Assembly: GCA_036475815.1 (NCBI GenBank)
Contig: JAZGAL010000070.1
Coordinates: 11,470-75,469 of the forward strand
DNA: 64,000 bases
Direction: 5' to 3'
Source of the DNA: Gemmatimonadota bacterium
GTDB lineage: Bacteria; Gemmatimonadota; Gemmatimonadetes; Palauibacterales; KS3-K002
Positions 45,901 to 53,796 of this stretch are shown piece after piece. The notes under the pieces were generated by a model. That model did no database searches, was not told the DNA's origin, and worked only from the letters and a program-made list of their open reading frames with translations. Every line of letters starts with the position of its first letter. Within the stretch, counting starts at the first letter, position 1. A program made the position numbers and the translations under genes.

Positions 45901-46102
45901 GGCCCTCAAGAGCCAGGCGATCCTGCAACGCATGATCGGTGCTCGTGGCGGCGGTGAAGGCAACCTGCGTGTGGCGTATACCATCGACGTCTACGATTGG
46001 CCAAGGCTCTCGCGGGTCGCGCGATACCTCGGCTATGACGGCTCGCTTCCCAACATCGATTCTCTCGTTGCTTCACTCCAGGAGCCTCCACCGGAAGAGT
46101 AG
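42941..46102 (+). CDS. Membrane-bound one-component regulator: wHTH + BTAD (SARP-like) cytoplasmic module, acidic linker, one TM helix, acidic periplasmic linker, TolB-N-like domain and TPR C-terminus
   Basis: ELYTLGRVRLV...GPKHLALLVYL (wHTH). LYVGEFLEGF...DEWAKRERGRIKRAW...EREGDWETAARWWRMLV...PMRAEAV (BTAD). TM FWYVPVALGAAVLAFALVPGFLG at ~44411-44480. C-terminal SPEALNAYAEAKRHLYAGRYPQAVSAAREATSLDSTFASAYLALAAAY (TPR). Confidence 0.7.
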   Translation: MEAMSNPRRESGERHGVDAVHGASGGTATELYTLGRVRLVEHGSDQTSKLGPKHLALLVYLFHEQRPLHPSEVTELLGRGQEEEKEITALKRVVAWLGDNVPGVSIRMTSDTIEAVSGIWVDSKDVDAAIDQGDPGPVETLYVGEFLEGFESAAPAFDEWAKRERGRIKRAWSHAMISAAHRFEREGDWETAARWWRMLVTRAPMRAEAVASLLGAYARGGQVGKAAQAYSDYAARLTESGITQPAAAVKQILAEHPALQEATGVQIEAPAEPAVEPLQPESESPASTQAEAAKEPAVSAGTAHDAPTFESISETLEAELEPEFAGEPEVLEVVEGLDDVPVVEAQAEPTVEEPVAGWPEEEFLEEEAASADEVEVAAEASSATTEPEIVPEDFEVEQTHYDADAAFVDTQPRPRSDEATFTPSGPGPATHPSSVAGSMGSAFVSVATAIGRVGVAIGSDVSSAFGSVVGLGRRFERARPGVKVPPLLRRFWYVPVALGAAVLAFALVPGFLGTVGELTEELPEVSAPSLPRVVTIPKVSVKTPSFVEISVSKIGEMLSGPILKESGQWILVADFEADEPPGSDVPSEEGALPGEEEAAIDDAVEPGGALEEPGALPQVAVAVPSDESAPEVAGSVSAELEDATLEDQGDAVGADTGETGQESKSPAEGDAAPGVTAAVPQDTTEPVKQGTDSARVVGLSQEAGIEPPGEDAEPAQEVPPLPAEVVAPAAEGTSPVWSSDGPAADLSFDALALALEADLAQSDFFYVVPRERAWVARASRTGRDSEGLPLEDALILAASEGYAAVISGRVSRSAGVDSLKLLVLNSAGDTLYGVAAEVPDSVNGIETLTDLAHAVRRRLGEPKEALEASRTPIQFLSSSPEALNAYAEAKRHLYAGRYPQAVSAAREATSLDSTFASAYLALAAAYAQGGVRAAGRSALEMAWQLSDRTTERERTRIYADRLAWDGQFSDAIVAYDELFQRYRDDVAALKSQAILQRMIGARGGGEGNLRVAYTIDVYDWPRLSRVARYLGYDGSLPNIDSLVASLQEPPPEE

Positions 46103-46172
46103 CGCGCTCTCTGTACGGTCCTGCCGTCGCGAGCCCGGCGTTCACTTGTAGTCGCCATCTGCCGGCGCTAGG

Positions 46173-46664
46173 TTGATGACGATGATTGGCAAGCTCGCGA
46201 AGTGTCTGTTGACGGCCACGCTGCTGTTCGCCGGGCAGGCGTTGGCTCCAGGCGGAGTGGCTCTGGGCCAGAAAGCTTCTCGCGACTGCACAGTTCGTGT
46301 GGAGTCCGGCGGGCTCGTGCGCGGCGACCGTGTCCCGTCCGGATGTGTGCTCAGGGCGGAAACGGTGCCTCGATTGGAAACTTCGACGCCGTATGTGTCC
46401 TGTGAACCGAGGAAGTTCTACACACCGAACCCGAAGACCTCGGTCCTCACCAACTGCGCACGCCTCTCGCGGGGACGGATGTTCATCCCGACAGTCCCAC
46501 CACGGACCGACGGCCTGTCTTTCAACAGGAATTTCGGCTCGCTCCATCGCCCCTTCGGCTCGCTCAGCCGCCCCTTCGGCCCGGTGCAACGACATTTCGG
46601 GCCCATCCAGCGCAACTTTGGGTCGCGGCAAGGCGTGCATGTTCCCCCTCGATCCAGGCACTGA
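46173..46664 (+). CDS. Secreted hypothetical protein: signal peptide, 4-Cys region, then five tandem FG-containing heptapeptide repeats
   Basis: MMTMIGKLAKCLLTATLLFAGQALA signal peptide. C-terminus FGSLHRP FGSLSRP FGPVQRH FGPIQRN FGSRQGV. Codon third positions are GC-rich, as in neighbouring genes. Confidence 0.55.
   Translation: MMTMIGKLAKCLLTATLLFAGQALAPGGVALGQKASRDCTVRVESGGLVRGDRVPSGCVLRAETVPRLETSTPYVSCEPRKFYTPNPKTSVLTNCARLSRGRMFIPTVPPRTDGLSFNRNFGSLHRPFGSLSRPFGPVQRHFGPIQRNFGSRQGVHVPPRSRH
46533..46637 (+). repeat. Five in-frame tandem 21-bp repeats inside the secreted-protein gene
   Basis: Units start at 46533, 46554, 46575, 46596 and 46617 (TTCGGCTCGCTCCATCGCCCC / TTCGGCTCGCTCAGCCGCCCC / TTCGGCCCGGTGCAACGACAT / TTCGGGCCCATCCAGCGCAAC / TTTGGGTCGCGGCAAGGCGTG). 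Confidence 0.9.
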
Positions 46665-46697
46665 GGATGGGGCTCGACCGTTCCGAGGAATAGCGCA

Positions 46698-47117
46698 ATG
46701 GAAGTAGACCTCGCCGTCATCGCCGATGCGGCGAACGTCAGCCAGGAAGGCAAGCTCAACATCCTCGGTGTCTTCGATACCATCTGGACGCGCGAATTCC
46801 CCTTCCGTCATGCCGCGATGGTATTTGTCGTGCGCATGAGGGCGGACTTCACCGAGCAGGGTGCACACCGGATGGAGGTGCGGCTCATGGACGCCGACGG
46901 CAGCCAGCTGTTCAAGGCTGAGGGCCCGATGCAGGTCCCCGGAGGCGTACCGGGCCGGCCCTTGAAACCCCATGTGATCATGGGGCTCGGCGGTATCAGC
47001 TTCCAGAAACCGGGCGATTACTCTTTCGAGGTGATCGTGGATGGCCACCACATGAAGAGCGTGCCCCTCTACGTCATGGACACCCCTTCGCCGCGTGTTC
47101 CGGGCGAGGTAAACTAG
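46698..47117 (+). CDS. Hypothetical protein (139 aa), conserved-looking small beta-rich protein
   Basis: MEVDLAVIADAANVSQEGKLNILGVFDTIW... with good codon bias. I cannot name the family with confidence. Confidence 0.6.
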   Translation: MEVDLAVIADAANVSQEGKLNILGVFDTIWTREFPFRHAAMVFVVRMRADFTEQGAHRMEVRLMDADGSQLFKAEGPMQVPGGVPGRPLKPHVIMGLGGISFQKPGDYSFEVIVDGHHMKSVPLYVMDTPSPRVPGEVN

Positions 47118-47260
47118 CAACTGGTAACCTGCACTACTTGCAAACGGGTCGGTGTGAGCTTAGATTGCTCTACGCTGCACCTACAACATTTGTAAGGCAC
47201 CCCGCCCTTTCTGGGGCCGGGAGTGAGTCTCTTCGACACACCCGTGCGCAAGGATGGCTG

Positions 47261-47593
47261 ATGCCCAGAGCATGCAAGGTTGAAGTGGATGGCACCTTTG
47301 TCATCGGCAGGCGCCGTCACCAGATCCCCGAGACTTTTTCCAACCGGCAGGTCCACAGCTTCCGTACTTTGCTCGAGCCCATACCCAACAACCCCAGCGG
47401 TCCGAGCATGTCGGAGGCCCTGCGCCGCAAACAGAGGGATTACTTGATGCGGCGGTCCCTTGCGGCAGTGATTCCCGGTCTGCCGCTGCAGGTGCTCCAG
47501 AAAGCCACGATGACCCAGGTTCGGTCGATCCACGCCTGGATCGCACGGCATCGGCCGGAGCTGGCGGCGAAGCTCGAGCTTCCGCTGGCGTAA
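47261..47593 (+). CDS. Hypothetical small basic protein (110 aa)
   Basis: In-frame ATG at 47261 preceded by AAGGA. Codon bias is weaker than in the neighbours. The upstream 47118-47260 is lower-GC non-coding-looking DNA, so I reject the track start at 47138. Confidence 0.4.
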   Translation: MPRACKVEVDGTFVIGRRRHQIPETFSNRQVHSFRTLLEPIPNNPSGPSMSEALRRKQRDYLMRRSLAAVIPGLPLQVLQKATMTQVRSIHAWIARHRPELAAKLELPLA

Positions 47594-47698
47594 GGGTCGG
47601 TACAAGTCAGGGCGCGATGCGTCGGGGTCGACCCCGAGGCGGAGTGTTGTGCGCATCGCCACTGTCATCGCCCGCGTTGCTCTTCTATCCTTCTCGAC

Positions 47699-49276
47699 AT
47701 GTCGTCTGATGGAATCCTGGCTGTGCGAGCTAGGGCGATCCACACACTGGATCATGAGCGTCCCCGGGTGGAGTGCTTGGCGGCGCGGGGCGGTCGCGTC
47801 GAGGCGATCGGGTCGGTGGAAGAGGTGGAGTCGCTGGTCGGCAGGTCGGCGCAGTGGTTGGATCTGCGGCCGGCGGTGGTCGTGCCGGGCTTCAGCGATT
47901 CGCATGTCCACTTGATCGAGTGGGCGCTCGGTCGATCCGAGCCGGACCTGGCGGATTCTGCTGACATGACGGAAGCGCTCGCCCGGATCGGGCGTGCGGC
48001 CGATTCGGCGTCGGGCGATGCCTGGCTCGAGTTCAAGGGATGGAATCCCGACTGGCGTTCGCAGGCGGAGCTGGCCGACCTGGATGCGGCGTCGCGGGGC
48101 TGTGCTGTGACGCTCGTGGCTCATGATCTCCACTCGGCCTGGCTGAACTCGGAGGCCATGCGGCGACTCGACATCGGTGCGGGTCGCGGCGATCCGCCCG
48201 CCGGTTCGGTGGAGCGGGATGCCGGGGGCAGGCCGACGGGTGTGTTGAAGGAACGGGCGCTCGATTGGTGGTACGAGGGGCGCCCTAGCGTCAGCGAATC
48301 GGAGCGGAGGGCAGCGCTACTCGAAGGCCAGGCGGAGCTCCACCGTCTTGGTATCACGGCAGTCCATTCCGTTGAAGCACCTGAGTCCTTCCGGATCGTG
48401 GAGGACGTCGAGCGGACCGGTGAGCTTCGTCTGCGGGTTCTGCACCATATGCCGCAGCGTTTCATCGACTCGCTGATCGAGTGCGGCATCGTCAGCGGAT
48501 TCGGTAGCGAGTGGGTTCGCATCGGCGGCATCAAGTATTTCACCGACGGTGCGCTCGGCTCGCGCACGGCGTGGATGCTCGACCCGTACTCCGATTCGAC
48601 CGAGTGCGGCGTGCGCCGGCTCGACCCGGAGGAGTTCTGCTTCGATGTGGAGCGATCCGCGCGCGCAGGCCTCGCGGCCACGGTGCACGCTATCGGTGAC
48701 GCCGCTGTGCGCATGACCCTGGACGTGTTGGAGAAGACCGGTGCCGGCGGCCTGGCGATCCCTCACAGGGTGGAGCACCTGCAGTGTGTTCATCCGAACG
48801 ACCTCGGCCGGGCGGGCCGCTCGGGCATCGTTGCCTCGATGCAGCCGTCGCACTTGTTGACCGACATCCCGCTTGCCGAGCGGCGTTGGGGTCCCGAGCG
48901 CAGCCGCCGTACGCTTCCTTTGCGCAGCCTACTCGATGCGGGAACGGTGCTGGCGTTCGGATCGGATGCGCCCGTGGAGGCGGCCGATCCGCGGGAAGGC
49001 TTCTACGCGGCGATCGCTCGGCGGGACAGGGATGGGTATCCGGCGGACGGCTGGTATCCCGAGGAACGCATCAGCGGTCTGGAGGTACTGAAGGCGTACA
49101 CGGAAGGTCCGGCGCGGGCCGCGGGCGACGCCGACCGGCGAGGCCGACTCTCTCCCGGCTATCACTGCGATCTGGCGGCGTGGGATGTCGACCTGGTATC
49201 GGCGGAGCCGGAACGCCTGCGATCGGCGCAGGTCGTGGCCACGGTTGTGGGCGGCGAAGTGGTTTTCAGCGCCTGA
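47699..49276 (+). CDS. Amidohydrolase-family metallo-hydrolase (Amidohydro_3 / YtcJ-like)
   Basis: VVPGFSDSHVHLIEWA, KYFTDGALGSRTAWM, HAIGDAAV and AFGSDAPVE motifs. Confidence 0.85.
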   Translation: MSSDGILAVRARAIHTLDHERPRVECLAARGGRVEAIGSVEEVESLVGRSAQWLDLRPAVVVPGFSDSHVHLIEWALGRSEPDLADSADMTEALARIGRAADSASGDAWLEFKGWNPDWRSQAELADLDAASRGCAVTLVAHDLHSAWLNSEAMRRLDIGAGRGDPPAGSVERDAGGRPTGVLKERALDWWYEGRPSVSESERRAALLEGQAELHRLGITAVHSVEAPESFRIVEDVERTGELRLRVLHHMPQRFIDSLIECGIVSGFGSEWVRIGGIKYFTDGALGSRTAWMLDPYSDSTECGVRRLDPEEFCFDVERSARAGLAATVHAIGDAAVRMTLDVLEKTGAGGLAIPHRVEHLQCVHPNDLGRAGRSGIVASMQPSHLLTDIPLAERRWGPERSRRTLPLRSLLDAGTVLAFGSDAPVEAADPREGFYAAIARRDRDGYPADGWYPEERISGLEVLKAYTEGPARAAGDADRRGRLSPGYHCDLAAWDVDLVSAEPERLRSAQVVATVVGGEVVFSA

Positions 49277-49302
49277 GTCGGTGCTTGGGCAGAACGTTTC
49301 TA

Positions 49303-50064
49303 ATGGATGATCTCGAGAGGGCGGTTCAGGCCCTGGACGAAGCGGGGCTGGTAGTGGCGGCGACGGGGGCGGGGATGTCGCAAGAGAGTGGAATTCCAAC
49401 CTTCCGTGACGCGCTGGAAGGGCTCTGGGCGCGCTACGATCCCCAGGAGCTCGCCACGCGAGACGGCTTCCGAAGAGACCCCGCGCGTGTTTGGGGCTGG
49501 TACAACTACCGGCGCGGGCTGATAGCCGCCGCCTGTCCGAACGCCGGGCATGAGGCGCTCGCGAAGCTCGAGAAATTGGTCCCCCGGGTGGTTGTCGTGA
49601 CGCAGAACATAGACGGGATGCACCGGCGTGCGGGATCGGGCGTGGTGCTCGAGTTGCACGGCAGCATCAACCGTTTCAAGTGTTTCGAGTGTGATCATCC
49701 GGTGGACGATGCGGAAATCCCACTGGCCGACAGCGATGGGCCCCTGGACCCGCCGACCTGTAAGCGTTGCGGCTCGGCCATCAGGCCGGATGTAGTGTGG
49801 TTTGGTGAGATGTTGCCAGCGGGAGTGTTAGAAGAGGCGGAGTCGCTGGCGGGATCGTGTGATGTCATGCTCGTTGTGGGAACGTCCGGTCTCGTCTACC
49901 CCGCGGCTGCGCTGCCATTCGCGGCGCGCGATGGGGGTGCTACGGTCATCGAGGTGAACACAGAGCGGTCTGGGATCACTGGCACCGCGGACATCTTTCT
50001 CCAGGGTCCCGCGGGCGAGGTTCTTCCGGCGATCGTGTCGAGCTTGGAGGCGGGGAGGTCATGA
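49303..50064 (+). CDS. cobB: NAD-dependent protein deacylase, sirtuin (CobB/Sir2 family)
   Basis: ATGAGMSQESGIPTFRD, QNIDGMH and the zinc motif CFECDH...CKRCGSAIRPDVVWFGE. I place the start at ATG 49303, not the track start at 48784. Confidence 0.9.
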   Translation: MDDLERAVQALDEAGLVVAATGAGMSQESGIPTFRDALEGLWARYDPQELATRDGFRRDPARVWGWYNYRRGLIAAACPNAGHEALAKLEKLVPRVVVVTQNIDGMHRRAGSGVVLELHGSINRFKCFECDHPVDDAEIPLADSDGPLDPPTCKRCGSAIRPDVVWFGEMLPAGVLEEAESLAGSCDVMLVVGTSGLVYPAAALPFAARDGGATVIEVNTERSGITGTADIFLQGPAGEVLPAIVSSLEAGRS

Positions 50065-51464
50065 GACGGGTAGGGATTGGGAGTAGCTGCCGTCGCGGGG
50101 TCACCGTCGCTGCTATCTTGGCGGGGGCGGCCTGGAGCTGCGGCGCTAATCGCGACCGACCCACGCTGCCGGTGTTCGGCGATCTCGTGGTCATCTCCGA
50201 TCCGGAGGGCGCTCAGATCGCCGTTGACGGCACAATCCTGGAGGAGACAACCCCGGCGACGCTGGAGGGCATAGAGGCGGGCACGAGGACTCTCGAGCTG
50301 GCGCTCGTGCCGGGGCCGGCCGAGTTCTTCGGTTGGCAGGGCATGGTCACGGTGTCGGAAGAGAGACTGGACACAGTGGAAGCCGCGCTCGAAGGAGGCT
50401 GCAACCGCAACTGCCCGTTCCTCATGGATCAGGGCCGCATTGTCTGCCGGTCGAACGGCCGGGGGGATAGTTGTGCCAGCGTGTTCTATGACGGGGTTGC
50501 CGCGCTCCAGTGGCCGGGCTCGGCCAGTGGCACGACCTATGGGGCCGGTGGTCGGCTTCTGCTGGCGGGGATCTTCGATTCGAGCGCCGGGGATCAGGCG
50601 GGCGACACGATTGCCACTCAGGTCTACGACGTAGCCTGGATCGGCCGGCAGCCGATGGTCCGGAGTTCCAGCGGTGGGCGCCAGGTCATGGAGATCGAGT
50701 ACTGGGGCTCCGCGCGTTATCGCACCGAGTCGCTCCAGGGCCTGTCTGTGAAAGAGACACTGATCGCGGTTGACAGCGCCGGCGTCGAGGACGTGCTCTT
50801 CATCCATTTCGAGATCGAGAACGTGAGCGACGACGAGCGCTATCGTCGCATCTATCCGTGGATCCCGGAAGGCGGTTACACCTACGAGTCGCTCTACATC
50901 GGCTTCGGGCTCGACGCGGATGTCGGCTTGGCGGAGAACGACTTGGGAACGTTCGACCCGGACCTCGACTTGTCCTTCATGTACGACGCCTTCTTCCGGG
51001 ACGAGGTGTTGGGTGACTATGCCGAGCGGCCGGCGCTGGTCGGACTGGTCACTGTGGAGCCTCCCGCCGGTTCGACGAGGCGGACGTTCACTCTGTGGCG
51101 TCGCGAGGATGACTGGGATGACGGTGATCGCCACGATCTCGGCTGGCGCGTGCTGGCCGGGCGGCTGGCCGCCGGAGATCCGATTCAAGATCACCCGTCC
51201 CCCGATATCGGTTACCAGGGAACAGAGCCGAACGATTACCGTCTGACCGAGGCGCATGGACCGCTTCGCCTCGCGCCGGGCGAAAGCATCACCTTCACCG
51301 TCGCCATCCTTATAGCAGAGCCCGTCCCCGGCACCTACACGCCGGGCACAAGGGTCCCCCCCGGCGACCCGATGGATCCCAACCGTCAGATTCTCGCCGT
51401 GGCGGGTAGCTTGAGAGCGCTGGCGGCACAGGTGCCGGCGCTCTGGAGCCGTTACCGTCGGTAG
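50061..51464 (+). CDS. Secreted hypothetical protein with N-terminal PEGA domain
   Basis: Signal peptide AAILAGAAWSCG. VVISDPEGAQIAVDGTILEETTPATLEGIEAGTRTLEL is the PEGA signature. The remaining ~370 aa are unassigned. ATGA overlap with the cobB stop. Confidence 0.65.
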   Translation: MRRVGIGSSCRRGVTVAAILAGAAWSCGANRDRPTLPVFGDLVVISDPEGAQIAVDGTILEETTPATLEGIEAGTRTLELALVPGPAEFFGWQGMVTVSEERLDTVEAALEGGCNRNCPFLMDQGRIVCRSNGRGDSCASVFYDGVAALQWPGSASGTTYGAGGRLLLAGIFDSSAGDQAGDTIATQVYDVAWIGRQPMVRSSSGGRQVMEIEYWGSARYRTESLQGLSVKETLIAVDSAGVEDVLFIHFEIENVSDDERYRRIYPWIPEGGYTYESLYIGFGLDADVGLAENDLGTFDPDLDLSFMYDAFFRDEVLGDYAERPALVGLVTVEPPAGSTRRTFTLWRREDDWDDGDRHDLGWRVLAGRLAAGDPIQDHPSPDIGYQGTEPNDYRLTEAHGPLRLAPGESITFTVAILIAEPVPGTYTPGTRVPPGDPMDPNRQILAVAGSLRALAAQVPALWSRYRR

Positions 51465-51507
51465 CCGCCGGTTTGACGAGCAGCTGCGTTCCGGAGAGAA
51501 TTAGGCG

Positions 51508-52944
51508 ATGACTCACAGCGCCCGGCGGTTACTCAAGACCAAGATCGTCTGCACTATCGGTCCCGCATCATCCCAGCGGGTGGTGCTCGAGGCGTTATGT
51601 GAGGCTGGGATGGATGCGGCGCGTCTGAATATGTCACACACCTCGCCGACTGAGGCCAGGGTGTTGGCCCAGACTGTGCGCGATTGTGCCGAATCTTTCG
51701 GCCGGCCCGTCGCTTTGATCGTCGATCTACAGGGGCCGAAAATCCGGCTGGGCGAGCTAGCCGCCCCGCTGTCGCTGAACCGGGGAGACCGAGTGGTCTT
51801 CGCGCCAAGTGAGGTGGCCGGCGGCTCTGAAATACCCGTCACCTATCGGGGTCTGGCCGCCGATCTCTCGCCCGGAGACAGGTTGCTGCTCAACGATGGC
51901 CGGGTAGAGCTCGTGGCCCATAAGGTGAGCCCGCCGCGGGTCGAAGCCGAGGTCGTTGTGGGTGGAAGAGTGAGCAGCGGGAAAGGGATCAACCTTCCCG
52001 GCGTCCGTGTCAGTGCCCCGGCTCTCACCGAGAAGGACCTGGCCGACCTGGAACTCGCGGAGGAAATCGGTGCCGAGTACATAGCGATGTCGTTCGTGCG
52101 CAGCGCCGAGAACGTGCGGGAGTTGAGGAGGCAATTGTCCGGCGACGCCCTGATCCTGGCGAAGATCGAGAAGGAGGTGGCGCTGGTTGAGCTCGAGTGC
52201 ATCCTCGATGCCTCTGACGCGGTGATGGTAGCCCGGGGTGACCTCGGTACGGAGCTGCCGTTCGAGCAGGTTCCGCTGGCTCAGAAGCGGATAGTGCGGG
52301 AAGCCAATGCCTGTTACCGGCCGGTGATCGTTGCCACGGAGATGCTCGAGTCGATGATCGAGAGTCCGCGCCCGACGCGCGCCGAAGTTTCTGACGTGGC
52401 GAACGCGATACTGGACGGGACCGATGGCGTGATGCTCTCTGCGGAAACGGCGATAGGCAGTTACCCGGTGGAATCGGTGCGGGCATTGACGCGGGTGATC
52501 GGGGAGGTCGAGGCAACGAGCGGCGCTCTGCTGGGCGGCCCTTCCTACGATGTTCCCGCCCGCGCGCGGGATGGGGGACCGGCTTCCACCGAGGTGGCCG
52601 TGGCGTGTGCGACGGTGGAGGCGGTGCGCGCCATCCAGGCGCCTGCCGTTGTATCGTTCACGCGAAGCGGTTACACGGCGCGCGTGGTATCCTCGCGGCG
52701 GCCGCCGGTGCCAATTCTGACGGTGACCGACAGCGAGACAGTTCTTCGCCAGCTCTCTCTGGTCTGGGGTGTCGTGCCGGTGCTCTGCCGCGGAGAACCC
52801 AGCTATGACAACATGTGGAGCACGGGGAGGGATGAGTTGCTCGAGCGTGGCATTGCTGTGCCGGGCAATCGAGTGGTGGTGACCGCGGGTATGCCCTTTC
52901 ACGTGCAGGGCACGACCAACATGGTTCGTATCGAGGCGCTCTGA
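51508..52944 (+). CDS. pyk: Pyruvate kinase
   Basis: KTKIVCTIGPAS, RLNMSH, MVARGDLG and ATEMLESM motifs. Confidence 0.95.
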   Translation: MTHSARRLLKTKIVCTIGPASSQRVVLEALCEAGMDAARLNMSHTSPTEARVLAQTVRDCAESFGRPVALIVDLQGPKIRLGELAAPLSLNRGDRVVFAPSEVAGGSEIPVTYRGLAADLSPGDRLLLNDGRVELVAHKVSPPRVEAEVVVGGRVSSGKGINLPGVRVSAPALTEKDLADLELAEEIGAEYIAMSFVRSAENVRELRRQLSGDALILAKIEKEVALVELECILDASDAVMVARGDLGTELPFEQVPLAQKRIVREANACYRPVIVATEMLESMIESPRPTRAEVSDVANAILDGTDGVMLSAETAIGSYPVESVRALTRVIGEVEATSGALLGGPSYDVPARARDGGPASTEVAVACATVEAVRAIQAPAVVSFTRSGYTARVVSSRRPPVPILTVTDSETVLRQLSLVWGVVPVLCRGEPSYDNMWSTGRDELLERGIAVPGNRVVVTAGMPFHVQGTTNMVRIEAL

Positions 52945-52946
52945 TC

Positions 52947-53729
52947 GTGCGGCTCCGATTCCTTGGCACCGGTACGAGCTTCGGCGTCCCCGTCGTCGGC
53001 TGCGATTGCCCGGTGTGCACCTCCGACGACCCGAAGAACCGAAGGTCGCGCCATAGCCTTGCGCTCGAGGAGGACGGCCGGGTGCTGCTTGTGGACACGT
53101 CTCCCGAGCTTCGGCTACAGCTGCTGAGCGCCGGCATCCGCCACGTGAGTGCCGTACTGCTGACGCACCTGCACGCCGATCACGTCCACGGCATCGACGA
53201 CCTGCGCATATTCAGCGTCCGGGGGAGGGGACCGTTGCCCCTGTACGTCGCTCGGGAGTACGCCGCAGAGCTGAGTGCTCGCTTCCCCTACATCTTCGAT
53301 GACTCGGTTCAGCCGAACCCCGGAACAAGTTCCCCCGAGATCGACCTGCGGACGTTCGAGGCCGGAGACAACCTCTCGATCGAGGGGTTCGAGTTGCAAC
53401 CGCTGGCATGCCCTCACGGGCATGTTCGCTCGTACGGCTTTCGGGTTGGACGCCTGGGCGTGGTGGTGGACGGAAAAAGGATCCCTCCGGAGGCGCAGGA
53501 AGTGCTGCAGGGCGTGGAAGTACTGGTCATCAATGCGCTGTGGTGGGGGAACCCGCACCCGACGCACTTCAATGTAGAGGAAGCGATACAGACGGCGCGC
53601 AGCATCGGCGCGACTCGAACCTACTTGACTCATCTGACGCACCGTCTCGAGCATGACAAGCTGAAGGCCAGCCTCCCTGAAGGCGTGGAGCCGGCCTTTG
53701 ACGGCCTGGTGGTGGAGATAGAGCGATGA
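52947..53729 (+). CDS. MBL-fold metallo-hydrolase, PhnP/cyclic-phosphodiesterase-like
   Basis: LRFLGTGTSFGVPVVGCDCPVCTS and LTHLHADHVHGIDDLR motifs; GTG start. Confidence 0.8.
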   Translation: MRLRFLGTGTSFGVPVVGCDCPVCTSDDPKNRRSRHSLALEEDGRVLLVDTSPELRLQLLSAGIRHVSAVLLTHLHADHVHGIDDLRIFSVRGRGPLPLYVAREYAAELSARFPYIFDDSVQPNPGTSSPEIDLRTFEAGDNLSIEGFELQPLACPHGHVRSYGFRVGRLGVVVDGKRIPPEAQEVLQGVEVLVINALWWGNPHPTHFNVEEAIQTARSIGATRTYLTHLTHRLEHDKLKASLPEGVEPAFDGLVVEIER

Positions 53730-53796
53730 TTCGGGGCCGCGTTTCCGGGCTCTGAGGCGAGCGCGCGAGGCGCGTGCGCAAAGGGCGTAAGAGCGA

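Noticed and set aside
46100-47700. Genomic island or mobile element around the hypothetical genes with slightly lower GC
   Set aside because: There is no integrase, transposase, flanking direct repeat or adjacent tRNA. The GC dip is confined to a ~140-bp spacer.
45906-48133. Two long minus-strand ORFs (45906-47120, 404 aa; 47114-48133, 339 aa)
   Set aside because: Both are Arg/His-rich with no motifs. They are antisense to + strand ORFs that have a signal peptide, in-frame 21-bp repeats and an amidohydrolase HxH motif. The + strand reading is more coherent.
49303-50064. Sir2-domain protein as part of an anti-phage defence system (Thoeris/DSR/SIR2-HerA-like)
   Set aside because: It is a short (253 aa) canonical sirtuin with a zinc ribbon and deacylase motifs. 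It has no fused or adjacent TIR, HerA, pAgo, SLOG or helicase partner, so it is most simply housekeeping CobB.
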